Part shown: positions 14,499 to 28,800 of the stretch, in pieces | How the letters are laid out: every line of letters starts with the position of its first letter | How positions within the stretch are numbered: position 1 is the stretch's first letter | Assembly (NCBI GenBank): GCA_053919585.1 | Contig: CM132806.1 | Strand: one strand, 5' to 3' | DNA length: 64,000 bases | DNA from: Euprymna scolopes | Lineage: Eukaryota | Translations under genes and position numbers: made by a program | The notes under the pieces: model-generated | What the model was told of the DNA's origin: nothing | Database searches by the model: none | The model's input: the letters and a program-made list of their open reading frames with translations, nothing else

Positions 14499-15107
14499 GT
14501 TACATGAAAGGGCTGTCCCCTCCTGCTGGAAGTAAAAGGAGAGACTAGATAAGTGAAAATCACATTAGAAAAAGGCTAGAATCGAACCCTGTACGCAGTG
14601 GATAATTGAAATCCTTGGAATGTTAATTGTTTTAGGAATAGCTAAATAATATATATATATATATATATATATATGTCGAAAAAGAAAGCGTTCTCAATTC
14701 TATTAGAATAACTGCATATTAAATATGTACGTAAAAAGAATGGACAATACGAATTAAAAATGATTGTTTAGAAATAGGTTAGATATTTAACAATTAAAAT
14801 TGAGAAGTCTTTGTTTGCCAAAAGTGTGTTTGGATAAACGTATGTAAATTCCCGTGAAAGAGTAACGTTAGGAGCCACACTTTTGACGTTAGAAACAAAG
14901 GAGATTTTTCAATATAGGAGTCAAGGGTTCGAAGTTGGTTAGAGTCAGTCCGATGAGGATCAGATGATCGGAGCAGATCACATACAGTGTCAGTTGGAGA
15001 GTGGGAACCCGTTAGAGGGGAAGGGAGAAAGGTAGACCCTGTAGTCGAAAAGGCTTGAATTCCTCACATCACCAATCAATTGGTATATAAAAAAGGCAAT
15101 TTATAAC
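14498..15107 (+). mobile_element. Solo LTR, family A
   Basis: TGTTAC...ATAACA termini; shares the tagataagtgaaaat..ttag..tcgaacc block with the other copies. Confidence 0.7.
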
Positions 15108-15194
15108 ACGACCTAGACTCCGGTCTCCCTAAGTCAAAGGTCGTATCGTGGTCAAACAAGGCCAATATAACATGATGAAGACTGTGGTGTTCAG

Positions 15195-16087
15195 TGTTAC
15201 AAGTGATAATTCCGATTTCGAACCGTCCAGGGAAGCTCAATAGTGCTGTCTTGCTCAATTCTACAATGACGGGGTTGGTGTGCGATTTCTGTATTCCTTG
15301 TCTCAATAGATGCTCTCAGGTAAAAACAAAAATTGAAAATAAAATTAAAAACAAACAAAGTGCACAATTCAAGTTTCTAATAATCCGCGCGTTGCAGGTC
15401 GTAGTTCGCCGGTGCTTCGTTGGTTGTTCCTCTCTCCTGTGTGCCGCCTCCTTTAAGAAATTACTCCAATTGGCATCATTCATTAACGAATTCCGTACGC
15501 AATAGATAATAGGCCGCGGACTATATTTTTGGGCTTTCGTTTATAAAGATCAATTATTAAATAACTTCTGAATACAAAGAAAATACTATTTTATAGGAAT
15601 GAAAAGGAAAAATATATGCAATGTATTTTTTCTTTTAACAAACAACCTGCTCAAATCTGACTCAAACGGACATTTTTTCTACAATCTATTCTCTTCCTTT
15701 ACTCTCTTATTCTGCCGACTAGTAAACGGAGGCGGGGCGCGGGTGGATAGTGGATAGACCTGACTTTAAACTTCAAGCGGTATTTTCTACTCTCGACTGC
15801 GAAAAAAAAAACGTTTTGCGCTCACTCTCTTAGGGAGGTAACAGTGTGGGTTCTGGGAAGTCTGGGTCGCTCATTCAACAAATCTTTCTTCATTTCGTCA
15901 AAATTGGATTCATCGTGATTGTCTAAATTGGCTGAATCACTTCTACACATAAATTAGGTTATTTTTCCAACGAAATTAAATTGTCCATACACGTTTATCA
16001 CGCGGAAAAATTCTAAAAACTTTGATCCCAATGTAATATCAAAGACAAAGAAATACTATTCAACACCATGTAACGGTTCCCGTCACA
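15195..16087 (-). mobile_element. 3' LTR (family B) of env-bearing element, copy 1
   Basis: Minus strand begins TGTGACGG and ends GTAACA; collinear similarity to 53110-54212 (ttccgattt.gaa.c, atgacgg.gtt, A-run-cgt, cccgtca blocks). Confidence 0.6.
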
Positions 16088-16569
16088 AAACTATATTATT
16101 ATTAATGTTATGATCCGTCTCCTAATTCTCGAATATATACTTTTTCTCTTGTATTTTGCGTCTTCAATCAAACAATTTGGATCAGCAAAACCATTGGTTA
16201 GTGCGCTGGATTGTTCACATAATAAAAAGGCTTTAATTAAGGTCTATTACTGATGTAATTTTCAACCATCACTTGTGGTCGGGTCGTATGTGTCCCCTTA
16301 GCTCACGCAGATTCCAAAGCAAATATTTGAGGCTAACGCGTCCACTTGTCTCTCGTTTCCTATGCTTAATCTGCATCGTATTTTCTTTAGTGACTGGCAC
16401 ACAACGTCCAACGGTACCTCATGGCTCAGAAATATAAGATGGTTTGTACAGGCTTTTTCATCTACAAAAGAATACACGTTCATGCAACATACACTAACAA
16501 GACAAAACTCATATGCTTGTGAAAGAACGGGTTATCCAGGTCCGTGGGGCTCAGGGTTCTCACCTCAAC

Positions 16570-17390
16570 TTAGGCGGTATCCAAGTCTGCCTCTGCTTTG
16601 GTTGGGGTCATTTCGGCTTTAGGTGAGCTTTGATGAAGCCCATCATCGATATCGGTGCAGGCAAGCTTAAGGCTTTTCTGACTGTCAAGCTTTCCCACAC
16701 ACCACATCGCTGCAATTTGAACCGTTGTCATATTTATCCCACTTTCCACCACTTTTGCCGTATGGTAGGTGACCCTGATCATTTAAATACCTTCTCACCT
16801 TGTCTGCGATCTACTCATACTCGGTTTTACATTATTTATTTCTTATTTTTAATATTTTTGACAATTCGATCCTGTTATCGACACATGATCAGACAACCTC
16901 ACTTCTCATTTGGATATCACCCTCTACTGTATCTGCGATGCTTTGATCTTCTTCCTGTAGGACTTGTAATTGACTAATTATGATATTAACACCATGGTTT
17001 CTCACTGTCTCCATCCTCGTAATATTCAATATCGAGAGTTACTCCGTATATTCCTGACCCTCTTTTTAAATATTTTATTCGTAGTTTAATTAACTCTTTC
17101 TTCTTCGGCGACCACGCTAAATAAAGCCATTAAGGCCTCGCCTATTATAGAAATCTCCGCCCTATTCTGTTTGCTTTTCAATCTTTTCAACCTCCCCAGA
17201 CGATAACGTTGTTCGACCCAAAACCAAGGGGCTATTAATTCAAGCATATTTCTCTACATCCTTATAAGTACTAGTTAACTGATATTGTATTGATTACTCC
17301 GCGATACTCCGGGTCAATTTCTAAATCACACAGTCAGGCCAATAACCTGTTTAATTGCGTGATCATCACTGTACTAGTTTTCTTAAAAAC
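16570..17390 (-). pseudogene. env: env / baculovirus-F-like class I fusion protein remnant, copy 1
   Basis: Manual translation: KRLKSKQNR|AEISIIGEALMALFSVVAEEE (basic site plus fusion peptide, 17175-17098), then LSILNITRMETVRNHGVNIIISQLQVL (heptad region), then TM-like INMTTVQIAAMWCV and tail SPKAEMTPTKAEAD, homologous to 54917-55144. Confidence 0.7.
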
Positions 17391-17486
17391 TAATAACAAT
17401 TCATTTATAATTCATATAATCATGTAATTTCCAAATAAAAGAATTCGCAATATTTTTGAAAACGAAACGACAACTGTAACTTGTGC

Positions 17487-20400
17487 AATACTTTTATGGA
17501 CTAATAATATTTAATGGACTGATAATACTTTTATTGACTGATAATGTTTTTATGGACTGATAATACTTTTATTGACTGATAATACTTTTATAGACTGATT
17601 ATATTTTAAGGACTGATAATACTTTTATGGACTGATAATGTTTTTATGGACTGATTATATTTAAAGGACTGAGAATGCTTTTATAGACTGATTATATTTT
17701 AAAGACTGATAATACTTTTATTGACTGATGATGTTTTATGGACTGATAATACTTTTATGGATTGATTATATTAAAAGAACTGATAATACTTTTATTGACT
17801 GATGATGTTTTATGGACTGATTATATTTAAAGGATTGATAATACTTTATAGACTGATTATATTTTAAGTACTGATAATAATTTTATTGTCTGATAATGTT
17901 TTTTATGGACTGATGATACTTTCATGGACTGATAATGTTTTTATGGACTGATTATATTTTAAGGAGTGATAATACTTTTATAGACTGTTTATATTTTAAG
18001 GACTGGTAATACTTTTATAGACTGATTATATTTAAAGGACTGATAACACTTTTATAGACTGATTATATTTTAAGGACTGATAATACTTTTATTGACTGAT
18101 AATGTTTTATAGACTGATAATACTTTTATGGACCGATAATGTTTGTATGGACTGATTATATTTTAAGGACTGATAATACTTTTATAGACTGATTATATTT
18201 AAAGGACTGATAATACTTTTATTGACTGATAATGTTTTTATGGACTGATAATACTTTTATAGACTGATCATGTTTTTATGGACTGATTATATTTTAAGGA
18301 CTGATAATACTTTTATAGACTGATGATATTTTAAGGACTGATAATACTTTTATAGACTGATTATATTTTAAGGACTGATAATGCTTTTATTGATTGATAA
18401 TGTTTTTATGGACTGATAATACTTTTGTGGACTAATAATGTTTTTATGGACTGATTATATTTTAAGGACTTATAATACTTTTATATACTGATTATATTTT
18501 AAGGACTGATAATACTTTTATTGACTGATAATGTTTTATGGACTGAAAATACTTTTATGGACTAATAATGTTTTTATGGAGTTATTATATTTTAAGGACT
18601 GATAATACTTTTATAGACTGATTATATTTTTAGGACTGATAATACTTTTATTGACTCATAATGTTTTTATGAACTGATTATATTTTAAGGACTGAAAATA
18701 CTTTAATATACTGATTATATTTTAAGGATTGATCAGACATTTATTGACTGATAATGTTTTTATGGACTGATAATACTTTTATTTACTGATAATGTTTTTA
18801 TCTACTGAATATATTTTAAAGACTGACAGTACTTCTATAGACTGATTATATTTTAAGGACTGATAATACTTTTATTGACTGATGATGTTTTATGGACTGA
18901 TTATATTTTAAGGACTGATAATACTTTTATAGACTGATTATATTTTAAGGACTGATAATACTTTTATAGACTGATTATATTTTTAGGATTGATAATACTT
19001 TTATGGACTGTTTATATTTTAAAGACTGATGATATTTTATAGACTGATTATATTTTAAGGACTGATAATACTTTTATGGAATGTTTATATTTTAAAGACT
19101 GATAATACTTCTATAGACTGAATATATTTTAAGGACGAATAATACTTTTATAGATTGATTATATTTTAAGTAGTGATAATACTTTTATGGACAGGTTATA
19201 TTTTAAGGACTGATAATACTTTTATAAACTGATTATATTTTAAGGACTGATAATACTTTTATAGACTGATTATATTTTAAGGACTGATAATACTTTTATT
19301 GACTGATGATGTTTTATGCACTGATTATATTTTAAGGACTGATAATACTTCTATAGACTGATTATATTTTAAGTACTGATAATACTTTTATGGACTGATT
19401 ATATTTTAAGGACTGATAATACTTTTATAAACTGATTATATTTTAAGGACTGATAATACTTTTATAGATTGATTATATTTTAAGGACTGAAAATACTTTT
19501 ACGGACTGATTGTATTATAAGGATTGATAATATATTTATAGACTTATTAGATTTTAAGGACGGATAATACTTTATAGACTGATTATATTTAAAGGACTGA
19601 TAATACTTTTATAGACTGATAATATTTTAAGGACTGATAATACTGTTATAGACTGATTATATTTTTATGGACTGATAATAATTTTGTGGACTGATAAGTT
19701 TTTTATGGACTGATTATATTTTAAGGACTGATACAAATTTTATAGACTGATTATATTTTAAGGACTGATAATACTTTTATGGACTGAATATATTTCAAGG
19801 ACTGATAATACTTTTATAAACTGATTATATTTTACGGACTGATAATACTTTTATATACTGATTATATTTTAAGGAGTGATAATACTTTTATGGACTGATT
19901 ATATTTTAAGGACTGATAATACTTTTATAGACTGATTATATTTTAAGAACTGATAATACATTTATAGACTGATTATATTTTAAGGACTGATTATACTTTT
20001 ATAGACTGGTTGTATTTAAAGGACTGATAATACTTTTAAACACTGATTATATTTTAAGGACTGATAATACTTTTATTGACTGATGATGTTTTATGGACTG
20101 ATAATACTTTTATGGACTGATTATACTTTTATAGACTGATAATGCTTTTATAGACTGATAATGTTTTTATGGACTGATAATACATTTATGGACTGATAAT
20201 ACTTTTATGGACTAATAATATTTTATAAACTGATAATACTATTATGGACTGATAATATTTTATGGACTGATTATACTTTTATAGAGTGATAATACTTTTA
20301 TGGACTGATAATACTTTTATAAACTGATAATGTTTTTATGGACTGATTATATTTTATGGACTGATAATACTTTTATAGACTGATTATATTTTAAGGACTG

Positions 20401-20889
20401 AATATATTTTTATAGACTGATTATATTTTCAGGACTGATAATACTTTTATTGACTGATGATGTTTATGGACTGATAATACTTTTGTTGACTGATAATACC
20501 TTTATGGACTGATAATGTTTTTATGGACTGATTATACTTTTATGGACTGATAATACTTTTATGGACTGATAATACTTTTATGGAGTGATAATATTTAATG
20601 GACTGATTATATTTAAATGACTGATAATACTTTTATAGACTTATTATATTTTAAGGACTGATAATACTTTTATAGACTAATAATATTTTTATGGACTGAT
20701 AATACTTTTATGGACTGATAATACTTTATGGACTGATAATATTTTTATAGATTGATAATGTTTTTATGGACTGATAATACTTTTATGGACTGATAATACT
20801 TTTATGGACTGATAATACTTTTATGGACTGATAATATTAAATTGACTGAGTATATTTAAAGGACTGAAAATACTTTTATAGACTGATAA
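17487..20889. repeat. Satellite array, block 1 (19-bp GGACTGATAATACTTTTAT and 18-bp AGACTGATTATATTTTAA; 37-bp dimer)
   Basis: Read directly; roughly 180 monomers; no ORFs in the track. Confidence 0.97.
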
Positions 20890-21201
20890 ATCACTGAAAA
20901 TAATAAACCCTTTATGAATTGATTTCGACAAAATTGTTTTTTTATGTCTTTTAATTCTTAGGCATGCTTATATCGCTGAAATATATATAAAATGAAATTG
21001 TAAATATAATGCATTTATGAATTAAAAAAGTATTATTTTCAAATTATTCAATTTTTATATATCAACAGTGCTTGTGAAAACAAGGTTTCAGATTTCCATA
21101 CATTTAATCAATTAAATGAATAATGAAAGGGGAATTTGAATATCGACGAATATTCTAAGTCTAGAAATTAAGTTATATGAAACACACACTAAGTAAAATC
21201 T

Positions 21202-24200
21202 TAATGTTTTTATAGACTGATAATACTTTTATGGACTGATAATACTTTTATGGACTGATAATGTTTTATGGACGGATAATACTTTTATGGATTTATAATT
21301 CTTTTATGAACTGATAATGTTTTATGGACTGGTTATATTTTAAGGACTCATAATACCTTTATAGACTGATTATAGTGTAAGGACTGATAATTCTTTTATT
21401 GACTGATGCTGTTTATGGACTGATAATACTTTTATTGACTGATGATGTGTATGGACTGTTAATACTTTTATGGATTGATAATATTTTATTGACTGATAAT
21501 CCTTTATGGATTGATAATATTTTTATGGACTGATAATACTGTTATAGACTGATAATACTTTTATGGACTGATAATATTTTTATGGACTGATAATATTTTA
21601 TGGACTGATTTTATTTAAAGGACTGATAATACTTTAAGAGACTTATTATATTTTAAGGACTGATAATACTTTTATAGACTGATAATGTTTTTATGGACTG
21701 ATAATACTTTTATGGACTGATTATACTTTTATATACTGATAATGTATTTATGGACTGATTATATTTTAAGGACTGATAATACTTTTATAAACTGATTATA
21801 TTTTTAGGACTGATAATATTTTATAGACTGATTATATTTTAAGGACTGGTAATACTTGTACGGACTGATTATATTTTAAAGACTGAAAATTCTTTAGACT
21901 GATTCTATTTTAAGGACTAATAATACTTTTATAGACTGATTATATTTTAAGGACTGGTAATATTTTATAGACTGATTATATTTAAAGGACCTATAATACT
22001 TTCCTAGACTGATTATATTTTTTATGGACTGAAAATACTTTTATGGTCTGATAAAGGTTTTATAGACTGATTATGTTTAAAGGACTGATAATACTTGTAT
22101 TGACTGATGATGTTTTACGGACTGATAATACTTTTATGGACTGATAATGTTTTTATGGACTGATAATACTTGTATGGACTGATAATACTTTTATGGACTG
22201 ATAATGTGTTTATGGACTGAATCTATTTAAAGGACTGATAATACTATTATAGACTGATTATATTTTAAGGACTGATAATATTTTTATTGACTAATGATTT
22301 TTTTTTGAGTGATAATACTTTTATGGACTGATAATACTTTTTAGACTAATAATGCTTTTATAGACTGATAATATTTTATTGCTGATAATACTTTCATGAA
22401 CTAATAATACTTTTATGGACTGACAATTTTTTATGAACTGATAATACTTTTATGGACTGATTATACTTTTATGGACTGATAATACTTTTATGGACTGATA
22501 ATATTTTTATTGATGGATAATACATTTATGGACTGATAATACTTTTATAGACTGATAATGTTTTAATGGACTGATATTACTTTTATGGACTGATGATGTT
22601 TTTATGGACTGATAATACTTTTATTGACTGATAATGTTGTTATGGACTTATAATATTTTATGGACTGATAATACTTTTATGAACTAGTAATGTTTTTATG
22701 GATTGATTATATTTTAAGGATTGATGATACTTTTATAAACTGATTATATTTTAAGGACTGATAATACATTTATAGACTGATTATATTTTAAGGACAGATA
22801 ATACTTTTATGGACTGATTATATTTTAAGGACTGATAATACTTTTATAGACTGATTATATTTTAAGGGCTGATAATACCTTTATAGACTGATTATATTTT
22901 AAGGACTGATAATACATTTATAGACTGATTATAATTTAAGGACTGATAATACTGTTATAGACTTATTTTATACTTTCATGGACTGATAATACTTTTATGG
23001 ACTGATAATGTTTTTTGGACTGATTATATTTTAAGGACTAATACCACTTTTATAGACTGATTATATTTTAAGGACTGATAATACTTTTATAGACGGATTA
23101 TATTTTTAGGACTGATAATACTTTTATATACTGATTATATTTTAAGGACTGATAATACTTTTATAGACTGATTATATTTTAAGGACTGATTATACTTTTA
23201 TAGACTGATAATGTTTTTGTGGACTGATAATACTTTTATGGACTGATAATGTTTTTATGGACTGATAATACTATTATGGACTGATAATGTTTTTATGGAC
23301 TGATTATATTTTTGGACTGATAATACTTTAATAGACTGATTATATTTTAAGTACTGATAATACTTTTATGGACAAATTATATTTTAAGGACTGATAATAC
23401 TTTTATAGAGTGATTATATTTTAAGGAATGATAATACTTTGATGGACTGATTATATGTTAAGGACTGATAATACTTTTATAGACTGATTATATTTTAAGG
23501 ACTGATAATACTTTTATAGACTGATTATATTTTAAGACTGATAATACTTTTATAGACTGATAATTTTTTTATGGACTGATTATATTTTTAGGACTGATAA
23601 TACTTTTATAGGCTTATTATATTTTTAGGACTGAAAATACTTTTATAGACTGATTATATTTTCAGGACCGATAATAATTTTATAGACTGAAAATATTTTA
23701 AGGACTGATAATAATTTGATTGACTGATTATATGTTAAGGACTGATAATACTTTTATACACTGATTATATTTTAAGGACTGATAATACTTTTATGGACTG
23801 ATTATATTTTATTGACTGATAATACTTTTATAGACTGATTATATTTTTTGGACTGATAATACTTTTATAGACTGATTATATGTTAAGGACTGATAATACT
23901 TTTATGGACTGATTATATTTTAAGGACTGATAATACTCTTATAGACTGAATGTATTTTAAGGACTGATAATACTTTTATAGACTGATTATATTTTAAGGA
24001 CTGATAATACTTTTATGGACTGATTATTTTTTAAGGACTGATAATACTTTTATAGACTGATTATATTTTAAGGACTGATAATACTTTTATAGACTGATTA
24101 TATTTTAAGGACTGATAATACTTTTATAGACTACTTATATTTTAAGGACTGATAATACTTTTACAGACTTATTTTATTTTTATGGATTGATAATACTTTT

Positions 24201-26455
24201 ATAGACTGATAATGTTTTTATTGACTGATTATATTTTATGGACTGATAATACTTTTATAGACTGATTATATTTTAAGGACTGATAATACTTTTATAGGCT
24301 AATTATATTTTTACGGAATGATAATACTTTTATGGACTGATAATGTTTTTATCGACTGATTATATTTTAAGGACTGATAATACTTTTATAGACTGATTAT
24401 ATTTTAAGGACTGATAATACTTTTATTGTCTGATGATTTTTTATGGACTGATGATATTTTATTGACTGATAATACTTTATAGACTGATAATGTTTTTATG
24501 GACTGATAATACTTTTATGGACTGATAATGTTTTTATGGACTGATTTTATTTTAAGGACTGATAATACTTTTATAGACTAATTATATTTTAAGGACTAAT
24601 AATACTTTTATTGACTGATGATATTTTTTGACTGATAATATTTTATGGACTGATAATACTTTTATAGACTGATAATGCTTTTATAGACTGAAAATACTTT
24701 TATAGACTGATAATGTTTTATGGACTGATAATACTTTTATGGACTGATAATACTTTTATAGACTGATACTATTTTATGGACTGATAATACTTTTCTGGAC
24801 TGATAATGTTTTATGGACTGATAATACTTTTATGGACTGATAATAATTTTATGGACTGATAATACTGTATGGAATGATAATACTTTTATGGACGGATAAT
24901 GTTTTTATGGACTGATAATACTTTTATGGACTGATTATACTTTTATAGACTGATAATGTTTTTATGGACTGTTTATACTTTTATGGACTGATAATGTTTT
25001 TATGGACTGATAATGTTTTTATGGACTGATAATATTTTTAGGACTGATAATACTTTTATGGACTGATAATGTTTTTATGGACTTATTATATTTTTAGGAC
25101 TTATAATACTTTTATAGACTGATTATATTTTAAGGACTGATAATACTTTTATTTACTTATGATGTTTTATGGACTGATAATACTTTTATGGATTGATAAT
25201 ATATTATTGACTGACATTACTTTTAAAGACTGATAATGTTTTTATGAACTGATAATACTTTTATGGACTGATAATACTTTTATGGACTGATAATATTTTT
25301 ATGGACTGATAATACTTTTATGGACTGATAATGTTATTATGGACTGATTATATTTTAAGGACTGATAATACTTTTATAGACTGATTGTATTTTTAGGACT
25401 GATAATACTTTTATAGACTGATAATGTTTTATGGACTGATAATACTTTTATGGACTGATAATACTATTGTGGACTGATAATGTTTTTATGGACTGATAAT
25501 ATTGTTAGACTAATTATATTTTAAGGACTGATAATACTTTTATAGACTAATTATATTTTAAGGACTGATAATAACTTTATAGGCTGATAATATTTTAGGA
25601 CTGATAATACTTTTATAGACTAATAATATTTTAAGGACTGATAATACTTTTATAGACTGATAATATTTTTAGGACTGATAATACTTTTATGGACTGATTA
25701 TATTTTTAGGACTGATAATACTTTTATAGACTGATAATATTTTAAGGACTGATAATACTTTTATAGACTGATTATATTTTAAGGACTGATAATAACTTTA
25801 TAGGCTGATAATATTTTAGGACTGATAATACTTTTATAGACTGATAATATTTTAAGGACTGATAATACTTTTATAGACTGATAATATTTTAAGGACTGAT
25901 AATACTTTTATAGACTGATTATATTTTAAGGACTGATAATAACTTTATAGGCTGATAATATTTTAGGACTGATAATACTTTTATAGACTGATAGTATTTT
26001 AAGGACTGATAATACTTTTATAGACTGATTATATTTTTAGGACTGATAATACTTTTATAGACTGATAATATTTTAAGGACTGATAATACTTTTACAGACT
26101 GATTATATTTTAAGGACTGATAATACTTTTATAGACTGATAATACTTTTATAGACTGATTATATTTTAAGGACTGATAATACTTTTATAGACTGATAATG
26201 TTTTTATGGACTGATAATACTTTTATGGACTGATAATATTTTTATATACTGATAATGTTTTTATGGACTTTTTTTTATTTTAAGGACTGATAATACTTTT
26301 ATAGACTGATTATATTGGTAGGACTGATAATACTTTTATAGACTGATAATGTTTTTTGGACGTATAATACTTTCATGGGCTGATAAGACTTTATGGACTG
26401 ATAAAATATTTAATGACCGATTATATTTTAAGGACTGATAATACTTTTATAGACT
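21202..26455. repeat. Satellite array, block 2 (same 18/19-bp family)
   Basis: Read directly; roughly 280 monomers. Confidence 0.97.
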
Positions 26456-27289
26456 TATAAGCATAATAAATAAAGTAGCTAGACGAACTCTATTTTTCAA
26501 AGCTTATAAAAATCTTTAAACCCTTTGTTAATCTTTTCTCAATCAATTGAAAGTTAATACCTTTGAAAAAACAACACACACATAACAATCTTAAGTGCTA
26601 TGGCGTTCATTGTCTAAATACCTGTGAATACAAGAATAATAAACGTAATTTTTTATAATCCCAAGTTTTTCATCTATCGCCACTCAATGATCTTAGATTA
26701 ATAGAAAGACATGGACTACTGACGCTAGTTTTGATTTAACAATCTGCTAATCTTTATCGTTTCAGGTACGATTGGTGACTTCCATCCTGTGCCCCACAAA
26801 TGTGTGGTAATCAAGCACACTTTAACAACAATATTTGAACTGGTAAACACGTAGAAGTTCCCAGTAAAGTATTTTTCTTGAGGTGTAATACAGTGCTAAA
26901 TCCTATGTACACATGTAGAGCGATTGCACTCTCTACGCAGCGCTTGATAACATTGGACACAATTACGTATTGTCAGAATCACACCCTGAGACCACCAGAG
27001 TTTTAGGGAAGTTAGTTATAATACACAGGTGAATTGGTACGAACTGTATGAAAGCCATTATTTTTCTTGACGTATTTCTTCATTTTCAAAATAAATGCGT
27101 TATTGAGAATTTTAATATGTGATATGATAAATAGCATCTGCTCAATATAATGAAATGTATTTATGCTTATTTTGTATTGAAGTAACTCAGCAGTTTAATC
27201 TAGTTTGAAAATAAAGAAAGTAAACATAAATAATGGTTAAAAATGATTTTGCTGTCACCATTATAATCATAATTGTTTCGCTCTTCATC

Positions 27290-27510
27290 ATGATTCATCG
27301 TTGCGGTGTGCCAGATGGATCTCTCATGTATGCATGCTATGAGCAGGAGACAGTCTGAGAAAATGTGTACGATTCTTTGCATATCGGCGTCGCCCCGAGT
27401 ACATAACCCAATTTGTGCAAAGTGTGCCGTATTTTGGCCACTTTGCTTCGGCCCAGTTGAGTGTTACCCTTTTTCCGGGCGACTTAAGAGCGTGCCGGGA
27501 AAACTTCTTC
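27290..27510 (-). mobile_element. LINE 3' end with C-terminal zinc-knuckle region (I/Nimb-like group)
   Basis: Frameshifted VTLN..RSKVAK..TLHKLGY...GDADMQRIVHIFSDC matches the WxTLNRxR..LHKWG..CxCG..QTxxHIxxDC C-terminus. Confidence 0.55.
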
Positions 27511-27604
27511 GGTGATATTAATAAATAATTTACGCATAGTGATGTGTGTGTGTTTGTGGTGTAACTTACCAGTAACTTATCAGAAATTAAGTGTTCAGTA
27601 CGTG

Positions 27605-28005
27605 CGTTACAGGAAAAAGGGCGGTCCATTCCCATGTAAATAAGAATAACATTAGATACGTGAAAATGAGATTAGGATAAGCTGAGACTCGAACCTTGTA
27701 AGCAAGGTTAAGAAATAGAATGTTAGAAATCGGAATGTGTAAAAATCCTATTGTGAAAGTCTATTATAAATAGTTAGATATTGCTTATATCGTAAAAAGC
27801 ACTGATTGTTCATACTTTTATAAAACTGAATATTGAAAATGTCAGCTAAAAAAATGAACAATACAAATTAAAAATGTATTGTTAAAAAATAGGTTAGGTA
27901 AAAATCGGTCAGTTGAGAATTCATTGTTGTCAAAAGTGTGTAAGGAAAAACGTGTTCGTAGCCACATGAATTGGTCACGTTTTGGAAACATACTTCTGAC
28001 GTCAA
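27605..28005 (+). mobile_element. Truncated LTR, family A (5' half)
   Basis: High similarity to the reverse complement of 58230-58593 (gagattaggataagc..ctcgaac..tgtaagcaa). Confidence 0.75.
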
Positions 28006-28499
28006 GATATGTATCTCTCCTCCTCTCTATATCTGTTATAAGAAATATAAAAAATGTGCTTACATGTCTTCTCTATTCGCTCTACATCTCATCATCATCG
28101 TTATATCCATTATATGTATTGTCCCAATATGAACCCCGTCATCCTTAATACGTACTCTATGCAACACTTGTTAAGTTTTATAAAATAGTGACCCTCACCT
28201 TAAAATAAAAAATATGCAAATTGTTTCGTATAGTTTGTCTAGTATTTTTCTAGTTGTTCATCTGTAACTTAGAGAAATATTTAAACGAAAACTGAGTGTT
28301 AAACTGAGGAAAGGCGTTTAGAGATTTGTGTTGAAGAAATTAATTGTAAAAAACAGTTTTGTAAAGTAAGTCTTAGTGATAGGGTTGCAATTAGTTTTAA
28401 GGAGCAGAAGACATCCCCGGCTCCATCGAATGATCTCCTAAGGTCGTTTACTTTTATCTTAGTTCTTCTTCCATGATGTTTTTGATCATACAATTTTTC

Positions 28500-28800
28500 T
28501 CTTGGATCGGAAATGTAGTGCCAAACAAATTCATTCTAGAATATCACCCACATGTGGGACACCTATATAGCGACTTTGTAGCAGATGTTCTAACTGCTCT
28601 TTCTTTTCTGATATTGCGTTTACTTTCTTCAAAGTCTGAGGATTTAGCTCTATATGCCTTTTTGTGGCTTGCGGTAGGCCAGGAACATCTCCTTGTAGTG
28701 TTTCTTTTACACTAGTAAGAATACAAACCGAACATTCTCGTCAAAGTCCGCATTGCCTAGTCGCTTGGGCAAATCATATTTTACCAAAGCATCCATTTTA
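28500..28800 (-). mobile_element. RTE-like LINE 3' remnant
   Basis: LPKRL...; FEESKRNIRKERAVRTSATKSLYRCPTCG*YSRMNLFG resembles the RTE C-terminal C2H2 finger. Confidence 0.55.

Noticed and set aside
17487-26455. CRISPR array or repeat-protein gene
   Set aside because: Head-to-tail monomers with no unique spacers, no cas genes, eukaryotic context and no ORFs in the track.
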